DNA of 64,000 nucleotides from positions 60,280-124,279 of IMG/VR virus record IMGVR_UViG_3300036792_000284; one strand, 5' to 3'. The DNA comes from a virus. The notes beneath the pieces are model-generated. The model was not told the DNA's origin. It made no database searches and saw only the letters and a list, made by a program, of their open reading frames with translations. Position numbers and translations under genes: made by a program. The first letter of the stretch is position 1; the number at the start of each line of letters is the position of its first letter. Positions 44,445-53,722 of the stretch are shown here, in pieces.

Positions 44445-44980
44445 GCTACGGTCCGTCGGCGAGGCGCGGTCTAGGGTGCTAGCGCTAGCAAGCATGCTGC
44501 TAGCGGGCATATTTGGCTGTTTTTCACAGTGTGTAACCAGAGTCGGGTACCCGGCCCGTGGGCACTTGAGACTTTGATATACGGAGAGTGAGAATTTGGG
44601 TGCTTGCAAGCCCTGCAGCTACCTGCCTAGCGGCTACGGGGCGCCTCGCCGACGGGTAGGGACCCGTTAGGCGGCTACAGGCCTAACGGTCCGGAGAGCG
44701 ACGCTGCGCGGTTTAGGTACGGGTACGCGCGGTAGGGCCTGTTATGCGCTCTCCGTTGCTCTGCGGACCGTATGGGAGGGTATACGGCGAGGCTTGCAGA
44801 TACGGATTTCCCGCCGTCCGCCATTACCGCCTACCCGCATCACCGTAACCAGGCACACAAGCGAGGCGCCCCGCGGTAACCTGCCCGCGGGGCGCCTCGG
44901 AAGATGGAACGTGCCTACCGTAACCCCGCATCACAGTGACCAGCGGGCAGGTTACCGCGGGGTCGCTCGGTTCGGGGTCG
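44445..44980. ncRNA. Candidate structured non-coding region
   Basis: About 530 nt with no credible ORF and multiple hairpins. Confidence 0.3.
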
Positions 44981-45310
44981 CTAGACGGTATAGATCCAAC
45001 GGACAACTAGGTCGGAGTCACTGCTGGCCGCGTAGGCCCCATCGGCGATCCTCTCAGCCGGCGCCGCGCGCGTGAAAAGGTGCAGCGCGTTGGCTAGCGA
45101 GTAGTCGTTAACCGTTGCCTGGGGCACCCAGTGAAAGACACCGTAGAGGCCAGTCTCTGTGTAGAACGCGCCTCCGCAGTAACCGCAGCGCTTACGGGTA
45201 GGCTTCCCGCTCCCCTCTGTGTGACTGCCCGCTATGGTGCCCGCGGAGATGCAGCGGTAGCGGGTAGCGCGTCCCGCGGGCACCTTTGCGGGTAGCTGTA
45301 CCTCGCTCAT
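44981..45310 (-). CDS. Hypothetical protein with Cys motifs
   Basis: YRC...H...RCGYCG. Confidence 0.6.
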   Translation of the reverse strand: MSEVQLPAKVPAGRATRYRCISAGTIAGSHTEGSGKPTRKRCGYCGGAFYTETGLYGVFHWVPQATVNDYSLANALHLFTRAAPAERIADGAYAASSDSDLVVRWIYTV

Positions 45311-45708
45311 GACTGCCTCTGCCCCGTCCTACGGCCGGTAACTACCCGCTCCATGCCGATAGCGTGCTCGAATGCGGTATCCGGGGCACCCCCGCCGCTT
45401 GTGGTGCACGTAGACAGGCGCGCCTCGCCGTCAAGTACGGTCACGATGTAGGACACGTGGTCCCCTGTTACCGGATTCGGTACGGCGATATGCAGAGCCT
45501 GGTTATCCGCATCCCAATAGAACGCCGGCGGGACGTCCGCGCGCGACGCCATGGCCGTCAGCTGGGCGCCTAGGCTTTCAAGCGCTGCAGCGATGCTTGT
45601 TCCTCTGCCCTGCAGACTGCCCGCGGTTGCCGTGTGCTCGGACGTTCGCTGCCATCCCGCCCGGCCTGTCTGCGCGGGAACTTTCGCGTAACGCTGTACC
45701 TCGCTCAT
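45307..45708 (-). CDS. Hypothetical protein
   Basis: ATGA overlap; MSEVQRYAKVPA. Confidence 0.55.
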   Translation of the reverse strand: MSEVQRYAKVPAQTGRAGWQRTSEHTATAGSLQGRGTSIAAALESLGAQLTAMASRADVPPAFYWDADNQALHIAVPNPVTGDHVSYIVTVLDGEARLSTCTTSGGGAPDTAFEHAIGMERVVTGRRTGQRQS

Positions 45709-46091
45709 GACTGGCCGCGCGCTAGGCCTAGCAGGTATGCACGCGTGTCCGCGGCCAGGGCCAGCGCTTCCGGCGTGCCCGCGATGCACGCGCCTGCAGT
45801 GCAGTACGTGTGCGGGTGCTCTTCTGGTCCGCACGGGTCGTTTACGGTGCTTGCGCAGTAGTAGTAACCCGCGCGCGCTTGGTCACAGTGACGGGCCCGC
45901 GTGGCTGCCTTAGTCACGGCGTCGCCATCGTGTTCCGTGAACTTGATGCCGTTAGCCGCGCATGCGTTGCGGTAGGCGAGGCTCTGCGCCTCGGTTAGGA
46001 CACGGTCCGGGAATGGTCCCCGCGGCGTGGAGGCGCGCGGCGTGCTCTCCATGATGCCCGCGTCATGTTCCGGGTAGTACGCGTCGCTCAT
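45705..46091 (-). CDS. Hypothetical Cys/His-containing protein
   Basis: Conserved leader and promoter. Confidence 0.6.
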   Translation of the reverse strand: MSDAYYPEHDAGIMESTPRASTPRGPFPDRVLTEAQSLAYRNACAANGIKFTEHDGDAVTKAATRARHCDQARAGYYYCASTVNDPCGPEEHPHTYCTAGACIAGTPEALALAADTRAYLLGLARGQS

Positions 46092-46185
46092 TGGGTGCCT
46101 GCCTTTGCTCGGTTGCTGTTGCCTGCAGCGTACGCGTATGGCTTGACTCTGGTCAAGCGTGGCTAGCTGCCTGGCACACGGCAGC

Positions 46186-46231
46186 AAAAAAGCGGGCCCG
46201 TTCATCTTTCATCAATGAACGGGCCCGCTTT
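46186..46231 (-). terminator. Intrinsic terminator
   Basis: 17-bp arms AAAGCGGGCCCGTTCAT/ATGAACGGGCCCGCTTT with a T-tract on the minus strand. Confidence 0.85.
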
Positions 46232-46259
46232 CGCGTCTGCTGTCACAGCGTACCGCGTG

Positions 46260-46616
46260 CTAGTGCCTGCCGTACCGGGCCCGCGGGTTACCGACGTGGC
46301 TTGATTCTTGTGCGAACCGTGCCGCGTCGATACCGCTCATGCCGTGCATGAGCAAGGCAGCGAGCAAGCGCGCCGCACCCTCCGCGCGCTCCCGCACGCC
46401 GGCGAGGCGTTCGCGCGCGACGATGGCGCGCGCCTCTGCGGGGCTAATGCCGGCCTCGCACCACTCGCACATGAGATCCGGACCGCTCCCGCCCACGTAC
46501 CGGCCGTGGCCGCAGTAGCCGCCGTAGTCGCGGAACTCAGGGTCGTTTGAGTCGTCGCGGTCGTCCGCCATCCCGCCCGGTCCGTACACGTCCGAATAGG
46601 TCGCGTAGTCGCTCAT
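46260..46616 (-). CDS. Hypothetical protein
   Basis: Conserved leader; YCGHG...CEWC. Confidence 0.6.
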   Translation of the reverse strand: MSDYATYSDVYGPGGMADDRDDSNDPEFRDYGGYCGHGRYVGGSGPDLMCEWCEAGISPAEARAIVARERLAGVRERAEGAARLLAALLMHGMSGIDAARFAQESSHVGNPRARYGRH

Positions 46617-46822
46617 TTGGTGCCTGCCTTTGCTGCGGTCCGGACGTGCTTGATAGTTGCCATGATGGCCGCGCGGGAGGGTGCCGCGCAGTTGGCGCCG
46701 GCCCATGCCTCTAGGCCGTCCGCCTCTGCCAGCAGGTCAAGCGCGCGCCGCGTTGCGCCGGCATGCGCGGCTGTTTTGGCTAGCGCAACTACCGCCGCCG
46801 TCCTGTCGTTGCGAAACTGCAT
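46613..46822 (-). CDS. Hypothetical Ala-rich protein
   Basis: Conserved leader. Confidence 0.55.
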   Translation of the reverse strand: MQFRNDRTAAVVALAKTAAHAGATRRALDLLAEADGLEAWAGANCAAPSRAAIMATIKHVRTAAKAGTK

Positions 46823-46850
46823 TGTGCCTGCCCTTTTCTAGGTTGTCGTT

Positions 46851-47006
46851 TTACAGCTCGTGGCCGCACATCGGGACCGCGCAACAGCCGCACGGCGGGA
46901 TTACCGCCCGCGCGCACGGGCCGACGGGATGCCCTAGCGGGTAGAGGTACAGCTCCGGCGCAACGTGCGCGCCGATGATGACAGGTGGAGTCTGCAGCTG
47001 AGTCAC
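46851..47006 (-). CDS. Small Cys-rich peptide
   Basis: AAGGAGG SD; PCGCCAVPMC. Confidence 0.5.
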   Translation of the reverse strand: MTQLQTPPVIIGAHVAPELYLYPLGHPVGPCARAVIPPCGCCAVPMCGHEL

Positions 47007-47072
47007 GGGAACCTCCTTAGCCGGTTGCCTACGGCCAGCATACGCATATGGCTTGACTCTGGTCAAGACACA

Positions 47073-47104
47073 GCTAGCCCGCGGGGACCTGCCCGCGGGC
47101 TAGC
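47073..47104 (-). terminator. Stem-loop just upstream of a promoter palindrome
   Basis: 13-bp arms GCTAGCCCGCGGG/CCCGCGGGCTAGC. Confidence 0.7.
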
Positions 47105-47126
47105 GAATTTTCACAGAATTGGACGG

Positions 47127-47324
47127 TTAGAAGCCTCGCCACGGCGCGGTAGCCGGCCAGGTCCAAACAGCCTCGCCGGCCCGGTAGGCGCGCAGCGCGC
47201 TAGCCTGCCTCTCTACCTCCGCGGCGCGGTTGTGCAGCTGCAGGTCCCCGCGCGCGTCCGCGGCGGATACCTCGCCGTTGACAATGGCCAGGGCGATGCG
47301 CTCGGCGTGCTCGGCATGGGTCAT
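47127..47324 (-). CDS. Hypothetical protein
   Basis: 65 aa. Confidence 0.5.
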   Translation of the reverse strand: MTHAEHAERIALAIVNGEVSAADARGDLQLHNRAAEVERQASALRAYRAGEAVWTWPATAPWRGF

Positions 47325-47331
47325 GATGCCG

Positions 47332-47532
47332 TCACCTGCAGCTTTCGGCGTAGTACCGCTTGACCGTCCGAGGGTCGCGGAGGCAGGCACGGGCGATTTC
47401 AGCCCACGGCGCCCCGTTGTCTCTGGCCGCGCGGATAGCCGCAACTAGGCGCGGTTTCATCGCTGCGCGCATCCCATCGTGAGCGTAGACACGTCCGGCC
47501 GCGCGCAGCGTGCTCCACTCTTCATCGGTCAT
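47332..47532 (-). CDS. Small HTH protein
   Basis: LVAAIRAARDNGAPWAEIARACLRDPRTVKRYY. Confidence 0.65.
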   Translation of the reverse strand: MTDEEWSTLRAAGRVYAHDGMRAAMKPRLVAAIRAARDNGAPWAEIARACLRDPRTVKRYYAESCR

Positions 47533-47780
47533 GACGTGCCCGCGGCGATGAAAGCGCGGAGCGCGCGCTCGGCCTGCTGCAGCGTGGCGTATGTGCCGCA
47601 CGCGGCCGGGTGACGTATGCGCATCCCCGGGACCGTGGCCGCCGTGGGGTCGCATGAGTACAGGTACAGGCCGGCGCCCGGTCCGTCCCATTGCACGTGC
47701 ATTGCGTCAGTGCCCGGCAACGGGCCCCAATAGGTGACGCCGAACGCCACAGGGTGGCGCGGCGGTAGCTGAGTCTGCAT
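47529..47780 (-). CDS. Hypothetical protein
   Basis: Conserved leader and promoter. Confidence 0.6.
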   Translation of the reverse strand: MQTQLPPRHPVAFGVTYWGPLPGTDAMHVQWDGPGAGLYLYSCDPTAATVPGMRIRHPAACGTYATLQQAERALRAFIAAGTS

Positions 47781-47845
47781 AGGGTGCCTGCCCTTCTAGG
47801 TTGCTCACAGCGTACGCGTATGGCTTGACTCTGGTCAAGACATGA

Positions 47846-47882
47846 ACTAGCCCCGGTAGCGGGCGAGGCTACCGGGGCTAGT
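47846..47882 (-). terminator. Stem-loop just upstream of a promoter palindrome
   Basis: 15-bp arms ACTAGCCCCGGTAGC/GCTACCGGGGCTAGT. Confidence 0.7.
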
Positions 47883-47892
47883 CCGACGGAGG

Positions 47893-48078
47893 TTAGCGGT
47901 TGGCGCGGCGGGAGGCGCGCGACGCCTTGCGCGACGCCTTGCGCCGACGCGATGCCTGCCAGGTCCGCGGCTCACGCTGCCAGACAGGCGAGGCAGCAAG
48001 CGTGCTGACACTCGCGGGGGACATATCCGCAATGGGCATGCTCACAGTGTTGAGACACATAACCCTGTTAGTTTCCAT
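47893..48078 (-). CDS. Leaderless peptide with Arg-rich tail
   Basis: ATG 7 nt after TATGCT; ASRR repeats. Confidence 0.4.
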   Translation of the reverse strand: METNRVMCLNTVSMPIADMSPASVSTLAASPVWQREPRTWQASRRRKASRKASRASRRANR

Positions 48079-48167
48079 ACCCGCCAGCATAGGTGAGCGC
48101 TTGACTTGAGTCAACACAGCGAGGCACCTCGGGGGATACCTCCCGGGGCGCCTCGCTGCCTGGCAGG

Positions 48168-49238
48168 CTAGACCGTGACCAGCTTACGGTCTAGCACCCT
48201 GGCCAGGACGTCAAGCGCGTTCGCGTCCTCGCCCGCGGTCTTGCCGGTCACCATGTTGAGGAGGTTGCGCTCCATGCGACCCCCGCCGGCGCCGGCCGCG
48301 CCGGTAACCTTGCGCTGCCAGGTCCGGTACGTGTTGTCAAGCTGCAGCACGCCGAACGCGGTTCCCGCCCACGGCTTCACCTTGGGGTCGTGGTTCCACA
48401 TCGCCTCGAACGTGTCGCGGACCTTAACCGCGTTCGTGTACTTGATTCCGCCCGTGCTGCTCTTGGGGTCGCGCGGGGGAACCGGCGCCATCTCGTCAAG
48501 CCACGCCGTGAAGTCTTTCGACGTGACATCGATCGCCTGCAGGTCCGCGGCGGCGTGGGCGAAGTCGTCGCCGGCCTGGTACACCAGCCCTAGCGCGTTG
48601 CGCACCTCGGAGATACGCCCCGCCGAATTGCGCGAGTGCTTCACCTTGAGTTTTGTAAGCGCGCTGCCGAGTGCCGCAGACAGCGTGTTGTCGCAAACGA
48701 CACCCTCCACGCCAGTTGCGTACGTGCTCGCCAGCGAACCGTCGACGGAGGTAGCCGCGACGATGTACGGCGCGAATCCGTACCCGCCCACTTCCAGCCC
48801 GCTTCCCGCTAGCTTCGCTTGCAGGAATGCGACTCCGCGCTTACGGAGCAGGCCGACGGACGCGACGCCCAGTTCTCCGCGCGACGTGTCGAGAATGGCC
48901 GCGATCTGGTCCGCGGTCCACTTCTGGTACCCGTGCACCTGGTAGCCGCTCTTGAACACGCCGAGAATGTCACCCGTGTCAGGGGTGACGATGGCCTGTC
49001 GCTCCGGGTCCTCCGTCACCTGGCGGTTGCCGTCGGCATCCTCGAACTGCGCGAAGATTTTAGCCGAGACGAAAGGCACGTCCAGAATGCGGCGCACCTC
49101 CGCCTCCGGTACGGGCCCGTCAAAGTGTGACCCGTCGGTCATGTACTCGCCCGACGCCGCCCACCAGGCCGGCCCGCGCTCGTCGGTGTACCCGATGCGG
49201 ATATTTGCCTGTAGCCATTCGAGAGATTCGCGGCTCAT
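48168..49238 (-). CDS. DUF932 family phage/plasmid protein (TIGR03299-like)
   Basis: GDILGVFKSGYQVH, ATSVDGS......VVCDNTL..AL, KVKHSRNS, GTAFG. Confidence 0.85.
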   Translation of the reverse strand: MSRESLEWLQANIRIGYTDERGPAWWAASGEYMTDGSHFDGPVPEAEVRRILDVPFVSAKIFAQFEDADGNRQVTEDPERQAIVTPDTGDILGVFKSGYQVHGYQKWTADQIAAILDTSRGELGVASVGLLRKRGVAFLQAKLAGSGLEVGGYGFAPYIVAATSVDGSLASTYATGVEGVVCDNTLSAALGSALTKLKVKHSRNSAGRISEVRNALGLVYQAGDDFAHAAADLQAIDVTSKDFTAWLDEMAPVPPRDPKSSTGGIKYTNAVKVRDTFEAMWNHDPKVKPWAGTAFGVLQLDNTYRTWQRKVTGAAGAGGGRMERNLLNMVTGKTAGEDANALDVLARVLDRKLVTV

Positions 49239-49313
49239 TGGGTGCCTGCCCTTCCGTCCGCCCGGGGTGCCCCGGGCTCTTAACTACAGTTAAGCCTAGC
49301 TGAGCTGTATCTG

Positions 49314-50693
49314 TCAAGTACTTGCAGAGACAGATCCGTCAGGATTGCGCACGGGCGCGACCAGGTAAGCGACGCGCGTACGGTCCGCGCGCTCGAATCC
49401 GGCTACCTCCATGCCCGGGGTCGACGCCTCGCGCCAGGTGAGCACCTGCCCGGCGTCGTGCAGGACCGCGGCGCGCGCGTCGGCGCGCGTGGCGTAGCGG
49501 GTCCCTAGATCCTGCGGGGCGTGCATCTCCCGCGTCCCGTACGGCTGCACACGGCGCGACACGCGAAACGGGCCGGGGTCGCGTGTAATGGCAGGCATGG
49601 CCGCAATAACGGCGATCTGCGACTCTGCAGTATCCGGCGCCCCTGCAGGCGTAGCCGGAGGCAGGGCGGCCGGGCAGTCGGAGCACTGCGCCGGCGTGCC
49701 GCGCCGCGAAGGATGCCGGCATGCCCCGCTAGCGGCAGCCATGCGCGCGCGCAGCGATCCGGGGTCGGGCTCCGACCCCGGATCGCCCGTGGCCGCCTGC
49801 AGTCGCTCGGCGCGCTGGTCACTCGCGGCTACAAATTCCGCGTGCGTGGCGGGCCCGCTACCCGTGATGATGTAGCGCAACGGCTCAGCATCACTGATAT
49901 TCGATTTATGCCGAGTTATCAGGCGCACGCGTTCGTCGTCCTTGGCCAGCTGGATAACGAACGCTAGCCGTACCGAGTTAAGCAGGCCCGCACTGCCGGC
50001 CACCTTGCCGTCTTTGGTCAGGTGGTGCAGCACCGCTAGCGCCACGTTCGCGCGGCGTGCGAACCTGCCGAGCGCAACCATGGTGCGCGTCGCGCCCTGC
50101 CTGCTGTCGATCGTGTAACCGTCGGATAGCACCGCAGACAGTGAGTCGGCAACGACCAATGCAACCGGGGGCCCGCCGATGGCGTTTAGTTTCTTGATTT
50201 CCGTCAGGATGGCCGGGCAGTCTTTCGGCAAGGTGACGGGGGAGTCGTCGCGCCACACACTCAGATCGTGAATGTAGCGGACGGCGCCCGCCTCGCCGGC
50301 CAGTTCGGGGTCTAGCCCGAACTCAGCGACCGCTACGGCGATAGCCGCGCGAAAGCGGGGCGCCAAATCCTCGAATTGGTCGTCTTCGCCCGGGCCGGAG
50401 ATCCACACCACGCGGCCGGGGTCGCGCCTGATGGCCTGGTCCTCGTTGGCGAACGGCAAACCGAGCACGACGCGCGCGGCATGCGCGCAAAACAACATGC
50501 CCTTACCCGTCCCGCCGGCTGCCACGTAAACCGTAACGGACCCTACCGGGATGTAATCCGGCTGCAGCCAGCGCCGCTCAATGTACGGAATATGCGAGTA
50601 GGAAACGGCCGCTAGGTCGTCCCCGTCCTCCGGGGGGTCCAGCAGGAGATCAGGGGAGGCGTAGACGAGACGCTCCTCCGTCGGTTGTGTCAT
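49314..50693 (-). CDS. AAA_25 (RecA-like, RepA-type helicase) ATPase
   Basis: WLQPDYIPVGSVTVYVAAGGTGKG, GED, VVADSL, VLHHLTK, GSAGL.NSVR. Confidence 0.8.
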   Translation of the reverse strand: MTQPTEERLVYASPDLLLDPPEDGDDLAAVSYSHIPYIERRWLQPDYIPVGSVTVYVAAGGTGKGMLFCAHAARVVLGLPFANEDQAIRRDPGRVVWISGPGEDDQFEDLAPRFRAAIAVAVAEFGLDPELAGEAGAVRYIHDLSVWRDDSPVTLPKDCPAILTEIKKLNAIGGPPVALVVADSLSAVLSDGYTIDSRQGATRTMVALGRFARRANVALAVLHHLTKDGKVAGSAGLLNSVRLAFVIQLAKDDERVRLITRHKSNISDAEPLRYIITGSGPATHAEFVAASDQRAERLQAATGDPGSEPDPGSLRARMAAASGACRHPSRRGTPAQCSDCPAALPPATPAGAPDTAESQIAVIAAMPAITRDPGPFRVSRRVQPYGTREMHAPQDLGTRYATRADARAAVLHDAGQVLTWREASTPGMEVAGFERADRTRVAYLVAPVRNPDGSVSAST

Positions 50694-50772
50694 GATGCCT
50701 CACCTGTATGTGTTGGGTTGATGGATAGCTAGCCAGGGCATCCCGGGCACGGGAGCGCGTCGCGCTGTGAAC

Positions 50773-51369
50773 TTACCCGGTTGCCTTGACTCTGGTCAAG
50801 CGCGAAACCTCCGCGCTTAGTGACATGTGGTTGTGAAACTCTGCCTGGCCGGGAGGCAGCAGGAGGTCACCCGCGCGCAGCAGCACGGCCATAGGCGCCC
50901 CGGTGGCGATGTAGAGCGCGGCGGCGTCGGTCGGCGCCCCGGCTAGCTGGTCTGTCAGCTCGTGCGCCTGGACGTCTAGCAGGTGCGCAGCGCAATACAG
51001 GCGCCCGCGGTGCGCGCTCTCGGCGTCGCGGTGGCAGCTGTCACAGGTCCCGATCGCGACGCGCAGCGCTTCAACCGGCATCGTCTTGCGCTTGCGGTAC
51101 TCGTCAAAGACCGTAGCCACGCGCGAGAGCCGACGGTTAGCCTCGCCGGCTGCTTTCTTGATGGCGACGTCACGCCGCAGCACTTCGGCATCGAACTTGC
51201 CGCGCCACATGACCAGCATCCCGTAGTCCGCCGACGCGTCGGCGATGTGCCGCTCGAACTCGCGCCGGCTCTCCGCGTTGCCGCGCTCCATCCACTGCCG
51301 CTCGCACCGTGCGAGGAACGCGGCCAGCTCGGCCCGCTCCGCGTCGTTGTCGAGTGAGTCTCTGCTCAC
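50773..51369 (-). CDS. Hypothetical protein with Zn finger
   Basis: CDSCH...YCAAH; promoter palindrome embedded in the last codons. Confidence 0.6.
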   Translation of the reverse strand: MSRDSLDNDAERAELAAFLARCERQWMERGNAESRREFERHIADASADYGMLVMWRGKFDAEVLRRDVAIKKAAGEANRRLSRVATVFDEYRKRKTMPVEALRVAIGTCDSCHRDAESAHRGRLYCAAHLLDVQAHELTDQLAGAPTDAAALYIATGAPMAVLLRAGDLLLPPGQAEFHNHMSLSAEVSRLTRVKATG

Positions 51370-51527
51370 TACTTCCACCCCTCCCGCTCCGCTTGCGCGC
51401 GGACGTCGGCCGGCGTGCGGAGATCGACCTTCGGCGCGTGGTCGAACATGGCCTCGAACTGCTCTTGTGAGTGCAGCATCCCTTCCGGGGTGTTGCTCAC
51501 CTGCCCGGTAACGGTCGCGGTGCTCAT
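51369..51527 (-). CDS. Hypothetical peptide
   Basis: Conserved leader and promoter. Confidence 0.6.
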   Translation of the reverse strand: MSTATVTGQVSNTPEGMLHSQEQFEAMFDHAPKVDLRTPADVRAQAEREGWK

Positions 51528-51590
51528 TGGGTGCCTGCCCTTCGGTTGTGCTTGACTCAAGACTAAGCGATGCCTTGACTTGAGTCAAGC

Positions 51591-51815
51591 CTATGACCAG
51601 GCGAACGCGGCCAGAGCTGCAGCGATGCGCGCGGCGTTCGCCGTTTCGTCGTGGTCGTGCGCCTCGGCCAGCCGGCGCGCTACGTGCTTAGCGGAGGTGT
51701 ACTCGCTCACATAGGAGCAGTTCGGCGAGGTGCACCGGACGAAAAACCCATACGCGTCGAGCACCACCTCACAGTTAGCGGTGGTGATGACCACGGTTGC
51801 CGTTGCCGTGCTCAT
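51591..51815 (-). CDS. Hypothetical protein with C2H2-like motif
   Basis: CTSPNC...AEAH. Confidence 0.55.
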   Translation of the reverse strand: MSTATATVVITTANCEVVLDAYGFFVRCTSPNCSYVSEYTSAKHVARRLAEAHDHDETANAARIAAALAAFAWS

Positions 51816-52033
51816 GACGCGCTTACCGCCTCTTGCTCAGCAGCCCACGCGCGCAGCTCGCCCGGCAGGGCGCGCGCCTCGCCGTCGTCGTACACGGGGT
51901 CTGCCTCGCAATGGCCGGCAACTTCGCGGGCCGCGCGTGGCCGGTCTGCCGGCGCCGCGCACATCAGATCGGACGCGCAGCCCGCGTGACCGTCATCCTC
52001 TAGCCACATGGCCAGCTGGTGGATAGTCATCAT
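51812..52033 (-). CDS. Hypothetical protein
   Basis: ATGA overlaps. Confidence 0.5.
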   Translation of the reverse strand: MMTIHQLAMWLEDDGHAGCASDLMCAAPADRPRAAREVAGHCEADPVYDDGEARALPGELRAWAAEQEAVSAS

Positions 52034-52503
52034 GACGTCGCTACCGCCTTGGCCGCGTCGGGGTTGTCCGCCCACGCCTGCGCGTCAGGGAATGCGGACA
52101 GGGGGATAGAGCCGGCCGACGATCGGCGCTGTACCGCGGTGTACGCCTCGCCGTCGACCAGGTACCACGCCTCGCCGTCCTTGCCCGCGAACATCACGCC
52201 GGCCATGCCCGCGGGTACGCCTTCCTTCCAGTCGCCGAACGCGGAGCGCGCGAACATCTCGCCCGCGGCCATCGATGCCTTGCGCGCGTCGTCCTGCGCT
52301 TGGCTCTGCGCGGCTCCGTCGCGGCACCTGTCGCCGTGCACCCCGCGCAGCCCGCCCAGCCGCGCATAGCACGGCGAGCACAACGCCGGCGCCGGGCAGT
52401 AGGGAAGCCCGCTCACCTTGTACGCACAGGGGCGCTTGACCGCACCCGGAGAGCTGCAGGCGTCGCATACCAGCCCGCCGCCTCTTGCGTAGCAGTAACC
52501 CAT
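52030..52503 (-). CDS. Cys-rich hypothetical protein
   Basis: CDAC, YCPAPALCSPC; conserved leader. Confidence 0.6.
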   Translation of the reverse strand: MGYCYARGGGLVCDACSSPGAVKRPCAYKVSGLPYCPAPALCSPCYARLGGLRGVHGDRCRDGAAQSQAQDDARKASMAAGEMFARSAFGDWKEGVPAGMAGVMFAGKDGEAWYLVDGEAYTAVQRRSSAGSIPLSAFPDAQAWADNPDAAKAVATS

Positions 52504-52573
52504 GATCCGTGCCTGCCTTTCGTTGCCTGACTTGTGACCAGCCTAAGGCATGGCTTGACTTGAGTCAAGCAAA

Positions 52574-52611
52574 GAGCTAGCCCGCTCCGCGGTCACGGAG
52601 CGGGCTAGCTC
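52574..52611 (-). terminator. Stem-loop just upstream of a promoter palindrome
   Basis: 16-bp arms GAGCTAGCCCGCTCCG/CGGAGCGGGCTAGCTC. Confidence 0.7.
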
Positions 52612-52624
52612 AGGGGGGTACAGC

Positions 52625-52816
52625 TCAGCCAGGCAGGAACCGCGTACCTACCTGCTCAGGCTGGTAAGCGGGGTCCGGGTCTGTCCCGATCCTCACCCCG
52701 CCAGCCGAGACGATCCGCCTGAAACGCTTACGCGCGTCGGCTAGCGCCTGCTCAGGGGTCACCCACCCGCCCAGCTCGCTGCGCCAGACGTAGCCTGCCG
52801 GCCATTCGAAAGCCAT
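52625..52816 (-). CDS. Hypothetical protein
   Basis: GGGGAG SD. Confidence 0.55.
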   Translation of the reverse strand: MAFEWPAGYVWRSELGGWVTPEQALADARKRFRRIVSAGGVRIGTDPDPAYQPEQVGTRFLPG

Positions 52817-52828
52817 GACTCCCCTACC

Positions 52829-53596
52829 TCAGCTCAGCGAAGCGGAGACGTACCGCTCAGCCTCTGCCCGCTCGCGCTCGGCGCGCGCCGCGTCGTCGCG
52901 CGTCTTGAACGTGCGGTCATTCGGCTCCCCCGGCCCGCTGCCCTCCGCGCACACGATGCGCCATTTGCTGTCGGCGTAGTTGCGGCTCACGCAGCCGCAC
53001 GCCCCGGAGGCGTACCGGACATTGGTCACGTACCAGCCGCCGTGACGCCACGGGGCATAGCTCGGGGTCCAGGTGTCCCCCCGGGCCTTGCGCTGCGCTG
53101 CGTCTTTGTACCCCAGGGTGCGGCACTCGTCCAGCGTGGCCGCGAACATGTCGTTTAGCATGCCCTCGAAGTACTCCCGGCCGCCTCCCCGCTTGCCGGT
53201 GAGGATGTAATGCCAGGAGATCGACTCAAACGCTACGTGCATCAGCGCGGGCCGGCCCTTGAACGTGGTAGGCCGTGACTTGACCGCCAGCCATTCGTCG
53301 GAGCATTCGCCCTGCTGGATGAAGCACAGCACCTGGCCGCTGCCGTCCTCCAGCGCGAACGCGGAACCGTTTGAGTAGTTGCCGAACGACAGCCAGCGCC
53401 GCAGCTCGTCACGCGAGGCGCACATGCGCACCTTGGCGCCCTCGAAAGGCGGGTCGTACGCGTCGCGAATCCAGGTGTTACGGGCGGCCACCTCGTCCCA
53501 CAGCGCGGCCAGCTGCGGCGGGACCGGCCGCGGGTCGGTCAGGGGGAGGCTGAACAGCTCTTCCCAGTTCTCAGTTTCGGTAGTGCTCGTCTTCAC
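52829..53596 (-). CDS. Hypothetical protein
   Basis: 255 aa; conserved leader and promoter. Confidence 0.65.
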   Translation of the reverse strand: MKTSTTETENWEELFSLPLTDPRPVPPQLAALWDEVAARNTWIRDAYDPPFEGAKVRMCASRDELRRWLSFGNYSNGSAFALEDGSGQVLCFIQQGECSDEWLAVKSRPTTFKGRPALMHVAFESISWHYILTGKRGGGREYFEGMLNDMFAATLDECRTLGYKDAAQRKARGDTWTPSYAPWRHGGWYVTNVRYASGACGCVSRNYADSKWRIVCAEGSGPGEPNDRTFKTRDDAARAERERAEAERYVSASLS

Positions 53597-53722
53597 GGGG
53601 TGCCTGCCCTTCGCTCGGTTGCCTGCAGCGCCAGCCTAAGGCATGGCTTGACTCAAGTCAAGCATTCCACGCACAGCGGGTGAGCCGTCGGAACCGCGCC
53701 CGCTACGCGTGGAATGCCCGCC

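Noticed and set aside
44515-44535. DnaA box-like TTTTCACA (also near 47107)
   Set aside because: Too degenerate and not clustered
49295-49320. Another palindromic promoter upstream of the DUF932 gene
   Set aside because: Only a TTGACA half-site; no second arm and no clean TAnnnT at 17-18 nt
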